The notes beneath the pieces are model-generated. The model saw only the letters and a list, made by a program, of their open reading frames with translations, was not told where the DNA came from and made no database searches. A program made the translations under genes and the position numbers. From NCBI GenBank assembly GCA_963704805.1, contig CAVPHS010000001.1, positions 741,694 to 805,693 on the forward strand: a stretch of 64,000 nt of DNA. Direction: 5' to 3'. Of this stretch, positions 9,187 to 17,342 are shown piece after piece (position 1 is the first letter of the stretch; every line of letters begins with the position of its first letter). The stretch comes from an uncultured Gemmatimonadales bacterium (GTDB lineage: Bacteria; Gemmatimonadota; Gemmatimonadetes; Gemmatimonadales; GWC2-71-9).

Positions 9187-10590
9187 ATGTCTGCACCCTT
9201 GATGCCGGCCGACCGTTGGGGTGAGCGGTTGGTCCGACGGCTCGGTTTGTGGAGCGCCGTCGCCGTACTCGTAGGCTCCACGATCGGCAGCGGCATCTTT
9301 CGCACACCCGCCGGCGTCGCGCAACGGATCGACGACGTACCGCTCTTCCTGCTGGCGTGGGTGCTGGGCGCTGTCGTGGTACTGTGCGGCGCGCTCACCT
9401 ATTCGGAGCTCGCGGCCGCGTTCCCACGATCGGGCGGTGTGTACGTGTTCGTGCGCGAGTCTTTCGGCCCGCTGCCCGCATTCCTGTTCGCCTGGGCGGA
9501 GCTGTGGATCATCCGGCCCGGCGCCTTCGGCGCGATCGGCATCACCGCCTCGGCCTACACCCTGCGCACCCTCGGCGCGGACCCCGCCGCCGTCGCCGCC
9601 GTCGTGGGGCCGATCGAGATCCGCGCGGAGCAACTCCTCGGCGCGGGATTCATCTTGCTGGTCGGAACGGTCAACTACTTCGGGATTCACCGCGGCGCGA
9701 TCCTGCAGAACGTGAGCACCGTGTTCAAGGTGGGGGCGCTGGCGTTGCTCGTGGTCGTGGGGTTTACGCTGGGAAAGCCCAGCGAGCCCATCGTCGGCGG
9801 CATCTTCGCACAGCGCGCGTCGGTAGGGCTGTCGCCGTTTCTGCTGGCCATGGTCGCGATCCTGTGGGCCTACGATGGATGGGCCGACCTGGCATTCGTC
9901 GGTGGCGAAGTCATGCACCCCCAGAAGACACTGCCGCGAGCCTTGCTGATTGGCACGTCGATCGTCGTCGTGCTCTATCTGGCGGCGAACCTCGTCTATC
10001 TCTACCTGATTCCGATTCAGCAGATGAAACACGCTGAGCTCGTGGCCGCGGACGTGGCGCAGTTGGTGATCGGGCCGGCGGGCGTCGTGGTCGTCTCCGC
10101 GGCGATCGCCGTGAGCACGTTCGGCACCCTGAACGGCTCGATGATGACCGCGCCGCGGATCTTCTTCGCCGCTGCGGAGGACGGCCTGTTCCCGACCGCG
10201 ATCGCGCGCGTCGATCTGCGCACGCACGCTCCCACCGGCGCCATCGTGCTGATGACGGTGATGGGCATGATCTTCATTCTGATTCGTACGTTCACCGCGC
10301 TCGCCGATCAATTCATCATCGGCATTTGGCCGTTCTACGCGCTCGCGGTGGCGGGGGTGTTCGTGTTGCGGCGTACGCGGCCGGGCCTCGAGCGCCCCTA
10401 CAAAACGCTGGGCTATCCCTTCGTCCCCCTCGTGTTTCTCGCGGGCGCGCTTTTGCTGCTCGGCAACTATCTGGTCTCGGAGACGGGCGCGTTCGCCGTC
10501 GATATCGGCATCATTCTCACCGGCATTCCCGCGTACGTGATTTGGCGACGGGTGCGTCGCGTTCCGCCGCCAGCAACATCAGTCCGCTAG
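9187..10590 (+). CDS. APC-family amino acid permease
   Basis: 467 aa with about 12 predicted TM segments. The N-terminal signature is LWSAVAVLVGSTIGSGIFRTPAGVA. Confidence 0.8.
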   Translation: MSAPLMPADRWGERLVRRLGLWSAVAVLVGSTIGSGIFRTPAGVAQRIDDVPLFLLAWVLGAVVVLCGALTYSELAAAFPRSGGVYVFVRESFGPLPAFLFAWAELWIIRPGAFGAIGITASAYTLRTLGADPAAVAAVVGPIEIRAEQLLGAGFILLVGTVNYFGIHRGAILQNVSTVFKVGALALLVVVGFTLGKPSEPIVGGIFAQRASVGLSPFLLAMVAILWAYDGWADLAFVGGEVMHPQKTLPRALLIGTSIVVVLYLAANLVYLYLIPIQQMKHAELVAADVAQLVIGPAGVVVVSAAIAVSTFGTLNGSMMTAPRIFFAAAEDGLFPTAIARVDLRTHAPTGAIVLMTVMGMIFILIRTFTALADQFIIGIWPFYALAVAGVFVLRRTRPGLERPYKTLGYPFVPLVFLAGALLLLGNYLVSETGAFAVDIGIILTGIPAYVIWRRVRRVPPPATSVR

Positions 10591-10617
10591 GAAACGATAT
10601 CGGTCCGCCAAAAAGAC

Positions 10618-10645
10618 GTAGGGGCGCAGCTTGCTGCGCCCCTAC
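10618..10645. terminator. Bidirectional hairpin terminator between convergent genes (permease and TonB receptor)
   Basis: GTAGGGGCGCAGC tt GCTGCGCCCCTAC forms 13 complementary positions. It is flanked by AAAAAGAC upstream and AGTTTT downstream. Confidence 0.6.
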
Positions 10646-10680
10646 AGTTTTCACCGTCTTATTGGCCGTCCGGCCGTCCG

Positions 10681-13600
10681 TCACCAGTTGAGCATGTAGC
10701 GCACGCCGAGCTGCATCCGCCACACGTCGCTCGTCGTGACCGCCTTCTGCAAGCTCTTGGAGATCAGCGGGCCTCCTTGCGACACCGTATTGAGCCGATA
10801 CAGGTTGGCCCCGGTCGCATCGACCCCCTGCGAGGCCAGCGGTCGGTTCGTGATCAGGATCTGCGACACGCCCCAGTTCTTGTTGAGCCAGTTGGTGAAG
10901 TTGAGCATGTCGAGCCGCACCTGGAGGCCGTGCGCCGCGCCGCCGATGTGCCGACTGAGGTCCTGCGACAAGCTCAAGTCTGCGCGGTAGACCATGGGGC
11001 GGAGGATCGCGTTACGTTGGGCGTACTCCCCGCGATGGGCGCGCAGATACGCGTCCTGATTGATGTACGCCTCCCACGATGCCACCTGCTGCGCGACCGT
11101 GTACACAGTCGGGGTGGTGCTCCCGGGCGGCGTCTGCGAATACTGCTGGAAGTTCATTTCGGCGGTGTTGCGCGGGATGTAGAGCAGGTCGTTGGTCGCG
11201 CCATCGCCGTTCATGTCGTTGCTGAAGATGTAACTGTCGGTGCCGGCGCTGCGGCCGTCCCAATACAGGGCGATACTCGACGGTCCGATTTTGAGGAAAT
11301 CACGCGTGTACGTGACGGCCGCGAATACCCGTGGTCCCGGGTTGAACTGCGAATACGCCGCGATCGGGTTGTTCGGATCGTTGGCAATGAAGTTGCCCGT
11401 CCAGGATCCCGATGCGATGGAGCCAGCGTCGACGGTGTTCTTGCTGACCCCGTAACTGTAGCCAACCTTCGCATACAGGCCCTGGGTGAACGAGCGCTCG
11501 AGCGTCGCGGAGATGTTCCACGACGATCCCTTCCCCTGGTTCGTCAGGACCGTTGCGTCGCTGACGTTGCCATAGATCCGATTCGAGGTCCACCGTGGCC
11601 GCCCGTCGGGTCCGAAGAACGCGGACTGCGCCGCCGGCAGGTTTGCGTTGATATACGCCATGCCGTTGACGTCCTTCGAGTACATGTACTCGGCGGTGCC
11701 CACCAGATCCCACGGCAAGCGCTGGTCGATGGCGAGGTTGCTCCGCCACAGCTGCGGGAACATGAAATTCGGATCGGTCAGCGCCAGCTGGAAAGTGGCG
11801 GCGGGTCCTCCCGTAATCAGCGAGTCTGGCGGCTTGTAGGCGTCTGGATTCGGGTTGAAGGGATACGCCGTCGTGTTGTCGGCGGAGATGAAGCCCGTCA
11901 GCACGCCGGTGTTGCCGATCTGGTTCGAGATCCACACGTATGCGGGCCTGCCCGTGAACACTCCGGTTCCACCGCGGATCTGCGTTTGCAGCTTGCCGCC
12001 GACGTTGTAGTTGAACCCGAGGCGTGGGGAGAATAGCACGTTCACGCCCGGCAACGCCCCGCTGTTGTAGTGCACCGGATTACCGTTCTGGTCCCGGAAG
12101 GTCATCGTGTCGGCCACCGGGTTGTCGTACGCCGTGTTCTTGAACTTGGGCGCATCGATCCGGAGCCCGGCGGTCAGCGTCAGGTTGTTCGAGGGCTTCC
12201 AGACATCCTGGACGTACGCGCCCGAGTACAGCACATCCAGCGGCTGCACCGGTTCATCCAACCCGGGGATATTCGAATAGCGGTACTGGAACCGCCGCAG
12301 CGCCACCGGCGAGACCGTCCGATTGGGGTTCGCGAGGAAACTGTCCGCCGCGGCGTAGAAATCGGCCAGTGAATTGAAGACGTACACGCTTTGCGCGCCA
12401 GGGAAGAACACGTTCTTCGAGTGATAGTTCTCCACGCTCACGCCCAGCGTGAGCGAATGTTGCGGCAGGTACACCGTGAAGTTGTCTTGCAGCTGAGAAC
12501 TGTGATAGTACAACTGGTTCTGCGGCGTGAACGGCTCGAAACCGAAGGTGGTGTAGTTGCTCGTCCCCTGGAAGATCTCGACTTCCGGGAACCACGGGCC
12601 TTGCACGTTCTTGCGGCTTTCGTCGCTCTTGTTGTAGCCGACAATCAGATTGTTGGACTTGTTACCGAAGGTCGAGTTCCATTCGCCGACGATCGAGCGA
12701 ATGTTCTCGAGAATCGCGTAGTTCGAATTGGCGAAGTTGAGCGACTGCAAGCTGCTCCGCCGATTACCAAAGCCCAGCGATCCGGAGTTGGAAATCAGCT
12801 GGTCGGAGCTCGAGTTGAGCAGGTTGTAACGGAGATTGAACTTGTTGTGCTCGTTCAGGTTGAAGTCGAGGCGCGCGAGGAACCGCGTCGAGGGGATCCT
12901 GAAGTCATAATTCTGGTAGGGCCCCGTCGCATAGCCGAAGTTGGTCTGCAAGTAGTTGCTGAGCGCGTCGAGATCCGAAGCCAGCACCCGCGTGGTGGTT
13001 CCTTTGACCGAATCAGCTCCGGAGTTCGCGATAAACGTCGTGCCGGGCTGCGTCTGCTTGTCGTCCTCGTAATTGGCGAAGAAGAACAGCTTGTTCTTGA
13101 TGATCGGTCCGCCGAGCGAGACGCCGATGTTCGTGTAGTCGAAGGTGCCGGGGTTGAATGTGTTCGGGCCGGCGTGCGTCCCGACGTAGTCGTTGTTGCG
13201 CGTGTTGTAGAACATCGAGCCGCTGAACTGATTGGCGCCGCCCTTCGTGACCATGTTGATGCCGGCGCCCACGAAGTTGCCCTGCCGCACGTCGTAGGGC
13301 GCGATGGCCACCTGTACCTGTTGCAGCGCGTCGATCGAAACGGGTGTGACACCGGTGCGGTCACCGGGCTGCCCGGCGAGGCCGAACGAGTTATTGAAGT
13401 ACGATCCGTCGATCGTCATGTTGTTCAGGCGGTTGTCCTGTCCGGCGAACGAAAACCCGAACGACATCGGACTGTACTGCGGCGTCAGGCGCAGCAGGTC
13501 CTCGACTCGGCGGCTGATCGTGGGAAGTTTCTGCAGCTGCTCGGTCGAGATGGTCGTCGCGGCGCCCGTGCGCCCCGAGCTGAAGATGTGGTCGGAGCTC

Positions 13601-13983
13601 GCCGTGACCGTGATCGCCTCCAGCTCGACGCTTGCAGGAGTCAAACGAAACCGCAGGTCGCTCGTGACCCCCAGGCCCACGTTGAGGCCGTCCTGGATCT
13701 CCGGCCGGTAGCCGACACGCGACGCGGTGACCTTGTAGGGCCCGCCCACGCGCATGCCCGGGAGCGTAAAGTGCCCATCGCTCCGGCTCGATGCCGAGTA
13801 CGTGGTTCCCGAAGGCTGGTGTACGGCAACCACTCGCACCCCCTCCAGGGGGGCGCCTGCCGAGTCGGTGGCCATTCCGGCAATCGCGCCGGTAGTCACG
13901 CCCTGGGCGCGCACGGCGCCCGAGAAGAACATCGCAAAGACCGCCGCCGCCACGGCGGCGCGGCTGCTAACGATCCAACGCAT
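10681..13983 (-). CDS. TonB-dependent receptor with an N-terminal carboxypeptidase-regulatory-like domain (Oar-like)
   Basis: 1100 aa with a signal peptide ending ..GAVRAQG. The CarboxypepD_reg-like segment is GMATDSAGAPLEGVRVVAVHQPSGTTYSASSRSDGHFTLPGMRVGGPYKVTASRVGY. It has a plug-like region and a C-terminal beta-barrel ending ..LGVRYMLNW. Confidence 0.8.
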   Translation of the reverse strand: MRWIVSSRAAVAAAVFAMFFSGAVRAQGVTTGAIAGMATDSAGAPLEGVRVVAVHQPSGTTYSASSRSDGHFTLPGMRVGGPYKVTASRVGYRPEIQDGLNVGLGVTSDLRFRLTPASVELEAITVTASSDHIFSSGRTGAATTISTEQLQKLPTISRRVEDLLRLTPQYSPMSFGFSFAGQDNRLNNMTIDGSYFNNSFGLAGQPGDRTGVTPVSIDALQQVQVAIAPYDVRQGNFVGAGINMVTKGGANQFSGSMFYNTRNNDYVGTHAGPNTFNPGTFDYTNIGVSLGGPIIKNKLFFFANYEDDKQTQPGTTFIANSGADSVKGTTTRVLASDLDALSNYLQTNFGYATGPYQNYDFRIPSTRFLARLDFNLNEHNKFNLRYNLLNSSSDQLISNSGSLGFGNRRSSLQSLNFANSNYAILENIRSIVGEWNSTFGNKSNNLIVGYNKSDESRKNVQGPWFPEVEIFQGTSNYTTFGFEPFTPQNQLYYHSSQLQDNFTVYLPQHSLTLGVSVENYHSKNVFFPGAQSVYVFNSLADFYAAADSFLANPNRTVSPVALRRFQYRYSNIPGLDEPVQPLDVLYSGAYVQDVWKPSNNLTLTAGLRIDAPKFKNTAYDNPVADTMTFRDQNGNPVHYNSGALPGVNVLFSPRLGFNYNVGGKLQTQIRGGTGVFTGRPAYVWISNQIGNTGVLTGFISADNTTAYPFNPNPDAYKPPDSLITGGPAATFQLALTDPNFMFPQLWRSNLAIDQRLPWDLVGTAEYMYSKDVNGMAYINANLPAAQSAFFGPDGRPRWTSNRIYGNVSDATVLTNQGKGSSWNISATLERSFTQGLYAKVGYSYGVSKNTVDAGSIASGSWTGNFIANDPNNPIAAYSQFNPGPRVFAAVTYTRDFLKIGPSSIALYWDGRSAGTDSYIFSNDMNGDGATNDLLYIPRNTAEMNFQQYSQTPPGSTTPTVYTVAQQVASWEAYINQDAYLRAHRGEYAQRNAILRPMVYRADLSLSQDLSRHIGGAAHGLQVRLDMLNFTNWLNKNWGVSQILITNRPLASQGVDATGANLYRLNTVSQGGPLISKSLQKAVTTSDVWRMQLGVRYMLNW

Positions 13984-14078
13984 GAATTGGACCTCGCTTC
14001 AGAAGGAACGGATGCAGGTTGCGGTTGGCCATCGAGACCGGGAGAAAGTCGCCCGCTCATGGGACCGCGTCAAGGAGA

Positions 14079-14243
14079 CTAGGTGGGTGCTTTACGCAGC
14101 AGATACACGGCCGCGACACCGACGAGAAGATTGGGAGTCCATGCCGCGAGCGCCGGGGGCAGCACGCCTCCGGGGCGGACTGCTTTGGCGAGCTGGAACA
14201 TCAGCAGCACGATGAACGTCGTCGCGACACCCAATGCCGCGCA
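14079..14243 (-). pseudogene. Orphan 3-prime fragment of an lptG-like gene (54 codons + stop, no 5-prime part)
   Basis: Hand translation of the minus strand gives CAALGVATTFIVLLMFQLAKAVRPGGVLPPALAAWTPNLLVGVAAVYLLRKAPT*. The intact LptG C-terminus reads GAAWGVAASLATTFIVLLMFQLAKAVGAGGVLPPALAAWLPNILVGGAAIYLLRRAPT*. An in-frame stop (tta on the plus strand at 14244-14246) bounds it upstream. Confidence 0.7.
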
Positions 14244-16159
14244 TTAGGTAACTACGCTCCGAAGATCTAGTGCTAAGAAATGAACTCCTCAATCCCTTGA
14301 GCGGTGGCATAGCTCAAACGCAATAGTATTGATTCCGTGTGTTAAAGAACTAGACCCACACGGAGAGGGGTTCTATATGCATCGCCGTCTTAGTTGTCTG
14401 GTTTTCCTTATTGCAATTGGAGCTGTAACTGGTTGCTCGATTGACCAAGCAAGCGCCCCTTCCTCACGACCAATTGACCAGACGACACAAGTCTCCCCGG
14501 TCGATCTCGTCAGCGTCCCACGATTTCATTTAGCGTTTGAAGCAATCGGAACCTTCAAACCTGGCGACGAAATTGTTTTGCAGGGCTCCGTAACGGCTGA
14601 CCTTTCAACCGCGGATATGGAAGTCCAGGTAATACTTCCGGAAGTCGAGGGATTTGCAAAGGCCGCATCCGGCAGGCTCCCCCTAATGATCTCGCTTGCC
14701 CCCTTGGTTCACGCGCGTTCGGCGCTCGCGAAAGGTCAGAATTATGCGTTCAGGAAATCACTGACCATAGCAGAGCCCGGTACCTATCGAGTCGCTCTAA
14801 GCGCTCGGAAACGCTCAAAGGAGCCCGTTGTAATAGGCGGCAGATGGGTGGAAGATGTCGCGTACTTGGAAGGTCGGATCATAGTAGATTATCAGCAAGG
14901 TCGATTCATTCTTCCAACAGATCCTGCAACACCACCGAGCGCTGCGCTTTCGCTGCCCGGACCTCGCCGACTGCAATCAGCAGGGTTTCGCAAGGCAGCT
15001 CCGAGAGTCCAGCCAACTGGCCCGGTACAAGGATGCGACGTGTACCACGTCACGTTCTGGAATCCTGACGCGAACGGTGGAGCGGGCGCGTTCGAAGTGA
15101 TGTCGGGTACTTGGGCGAATGTCAACATTACTGACGATCAGACTGGTCAGATCGTGAACAACTACGGTATGAGCATCGGTGAAGATGGTGAGTTCGCGGT
15201 GTGCACTTGGGCGGGGGTGGGATACAACGGCAGCATCAAGCTGATGGATCAGGGTGGCAACTCGGTCACACCTGACGGTGCTTTCTTTGCTGGCGGTAAC
15301 ACCCAGGACTACTGGGGCTACTATGAAATGGTCAGCGGCACAAATCAATCACTGCTATTCAAGAACATGGAAGCGACCATCCCAGAGTCACAGGCGCTTC
15401 TGGGTTATAGCAGGCCAATAATCTACGTCAACATGATGTCGAACATCAACAATTCATACTACTCCGAGGGTTCTGACGCCATTTTCATCAAGACGTCCCA
15501 CACACTACACGAGTTTGGAATATTCACGTTTGCCCACGAATATGGACATGCGGTCCATGACAAGGCATTGGGTGGAATCGCAGCGTACGGTGCATGCCCC
15601 GACAGTCATTACGTTGACGGCGCGTATAATCTGGGTTGCGCATGGAAGGAAGGTTTTGCCGATTTTCACGCTGCGTACACCCGCCGCGAGGTATTGACAA
15701 GTGGAGGCTTCGCAGACCACGAATTTGAATCCAATCAATTTTACCAGGGGGGAGATGGTTCGATTATCGAAGGCTCAGTGGCCGCTTTCCTGTACGACCT
15801 AGTAGACGGCCCCAATGATCCTGACGGACCCACGAACCAACCTGATGGTGACGACGACGCGGTGCAGTATCCAGGGAGTTACTTGGGAACGCTCATGCGT
15901 ACCTGCTTGATAACGCAGTTTGGCGGTGTGATTCGTGGTGAGAACGGAATTGACGACCTGATCTACTGTCTAGAGCGGCAGGTTGATCCAGCTGTGAAAA
16001 ACTCGTCAATCTACTTCGTTACAAGACCGGCAAATCTTGAAGCTGTGGGTGAGAGTGAGAGCGCGACCGAACCTACGAACTGGAGCCAGAGCGCAATACG
16101 CGCGCTGTGGACTCACAACCTGTACGGTCAATAGGGTCAAAACTTCACTACGCTTGTAG
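14244..16159. other. Low-GC islet (about 1.9 kb) inserted between two diverged copies of the lptG 3-prime end
   Basis: Hand counts: the line starting 14281 has 28/60 G+C and the line starting 15361 has 31/60. The flanking line starting 14101 has 41/60. The islet carries a single gene, and no integrase or transposase was seen. Confidence 0.55.
14377..16134 (+). CDS. Lipoprotein zinc metallopeptidase (gluzincin-like HExxH...E), atypical base composition
   Basis: ATG 14377 is preceded by ggagagggg. The lipoprotein signal is MHRRLSCLVFLIAIGAVTGC. The motif is FAHEYGHAVHD (HExxH), with a candidate third ligand in AWKEGFADFHA 33 residues downstream. The peptidase family is not assignable without a search. 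Confidence 0.6.
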   Translation: MHRRLSCLVFLIAIGAVTGCSIDQASAPSSRPIDQTTQVSPVDLVSVPRFHLAFEAIGTFKPGDEIVLQGSVTADLSTADMEVQVILPEVEGFAKAASGRLPLMISLAPLVHARSALAKGQNYAFRKSLTIAEPGTYRVALSARKRSKEPVVIGGRWVEDVAYLEGRIIVDYQQGRFILPTDPATPPSAALSLPGPRRLQSAGFRKAAPRVQPTGPVQGCDVYHVTFWNPDANGGAGAFEVMSGTWANVNITDDQTGQIVNNYGMSIGEDGEFAVCTWAGVGYNGSIKLMDQGGNSVTPDGAFFAGGNTQDYWGYYEMVSGTNQSLLFKNMEATIPESQALLGYSRPIIYVNMMSNINNSYYSEGSDAIFIKTSHTLHEFGIFTFAHEYGHAVHDKALGGIAAYGACPDSHYVDGAYNLGCAWKEGFADFHAAYTRREVLTSGGFADHEFESNQFYQGGDGSIIEGSVAAFLYDLVDGPNDPDGPTNQPDGDDDAVQYPGSYLGTLMRTCLITQFGGVIRGENGIDDLIYCLERQVDPAVKNSSIYFVTRPANLEAVGESESATEPTNWSQSAIRALWTHNLYGQ

Positions 16160-17302
16160 CTACGTCGGTGCTCTTCGTAGCAGGTAGATCGCCGCTCCAC
16201 CGACCAGGATGTTGGGCAGCCACGCCGCGAGCGCCGGGGGCAGCACGCCGCCGGCGCCGACCGCTTTGGCGAGCTGAAACATCAGCAGCACGATGAACGT
16301 CGTCGCGAGACTCGCGGCCACGCCCCATGCCGCGCCGCTCTTGGGCGAGGAAATCGCGAGCGGCGCCCCGAACAGGGCGATCAGTAAGCAGATAAAAGGA
16401 ATGGCGATCTTGAGCGACAGCTCCACCTGCAGCTTCTTGGCGTTCGAGCCGCTGCGCGTCAGCGCGTCGATGTAGCGCCGCAGCTCGGAGTAGCGCATCT
16501 CGTCCGGCGCCTTCGGTTGCGCCAGCAGGTCAGCCGGGCTCTCGCGCAGCGTGCGGGACTGCAGCGAATCGAACTCGAACGCGTACTCCCCCACAGGATC
16601 GGTCCCCTCGAGGTAGCGCAGCGTGCCGCGCAGCAACGTCCAGTAGGCGGGCCGTGTGCTCTTTTTCCTGCTGCTGTCGCTGTACAGCGCGCTCTGGGCG
16701 GCGAGCACGATGGTGGGATAGTCGAGGCCCGAGCCTTCACGCTCGAGCATCAAGTCCACCATCTGGCGGGAGCGCAAATCGAGGTTGCGAATCGCGTACA
16801 CCCAGCCGCCATCCGCACGGTACACGAAGTTGTCGCGCGTCGGCAGTGACTGCACCGCCTTCTCACCCAATAACTCGAGCCGCTTCGACGTGGTCCACGG
16901 CGCGATCTCGCCGAGCAGCAGGCCCATCAAAAAAGAAACGGCGCCGGCCAGGAACAACGGCCGGACCAGGCGATGGAACGAGATCCCCGACGCCTTGGCG
17001 GCGGTGAGCTCGGAATTGCGGCCCAGCGTCCCCACCGTGAAGACGGTGCCGAACAACACGGCGACTGGCAGTACCAGAAACATTTTTTCGGGCAAATCGA
17101 ACACGTACGACACCGCGACCGTCATCGGCTTGAGGCCCCGGCTCAGGTACGTATCCATCTTGTCCGTCAGATCGATCACGATCACCAGGATGGGGAACCC
17201 CAGCAGCGTGATCAGGAACACACGCAGCCATTCGCGCAGCAGGTAGCGGTCGAGCGTACGGAAGGCGGAAGTCGGAACGCGGAACGCGGAACGCAATGAC
17301 AT
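16160..17302 (-). CDS. lptG: LPS export ABC permease, LptF/LptG (YjgP/YjgQ) family
   Basis: 380 aa. The N-terminus LDRYLLREWLRVFLITLLGFPILVIVIDL is typical of the family. It has 6 TM segments with a periplasmic insert and is adjacent to a paralog. Confidence 0.7.
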   Translation of the reverse strand: MSLRSAFRVPTSAFRTLDRYLLREWLRVFLITLLGFPILVIVIDLTDKMDTYLSRGLKPMTVAVSYVFDLPEKMFLVLPVAVLFGTVFTVGTLGRNSELTAAKASGISFHRLVRPLFLAGAVSFLMGLLLGEIAPWTTSKRLELLGEKAVQSLPTRDNFVYRADGGWVYAIRNLDLRSRQMVDLMLEREGSGLDYPTIVLAAQSALYSDSSRKKSTRPAYWTLLRGTLRYLEGTDPVGEYAFEFDSLQSRTLRESPADLLAQPKAPDEMRYSELRRYIDALTRSGSNAKKLQVELSLKIAIPFICLLIALFGAPLAISSPKSGAAWGVAASLATTFIVLLMFQLAKAVGAGGVLPPALAAWLPNILVGGAAIYLLRRAPT

Positions 17303-17342
17303 GGTCAGCCCCCTGTTCCGCGTTCCGCGTTCCGACTTCCGC
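17265..17342. repeat. Perfect 28-bp inverted repeat (22-nt spacer) spanning the lptF stop / lptG start junction
   Basis: The left arm GCGGAAGTCGGAACGCGGAACGCGGAAC (17265-17292) is the exact reverse complement of the right arm GTTCCGCGTTCCGCGTTCCGACTTCCGC (17315-17342). The arms contain GGAACGC heptamer repeats. The spacer holds the lptG start (17300-17302), the lptF stop (17305-17307) and an AGGGGG SD on the minus strand. Confidence 0.95.

Noticed and set aside
13984-14078. A possible riboswitch (for example cobalamin) in the leader of the TonB-dependent receptor.
   Set aside because: Only about 95 nt are available, and no B12-box-like or other recognisable riboswitch core was seen by eye.
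14092-14310. Two similar small ORFs (14092-14310 and 16137-16328, both minus strand) that share ..RDDVHRAADV..RRRAAPGARG..
   Set aside because: Their similarity is only the off-frame read-through of the duplicated lptG 3-prime end. The correct frame reproduces the LptG C-terminus.
14244-16159. An integrase, transposase or inverted terminal repeats were looked for in the low-GC islet.
   Set aside because: The lipoprotein metalloprotease ORF (14377-16134) occupies almost the entire islet. No recombinase motif or terminal inverted repeat was seen, so it is not called a mobile element.
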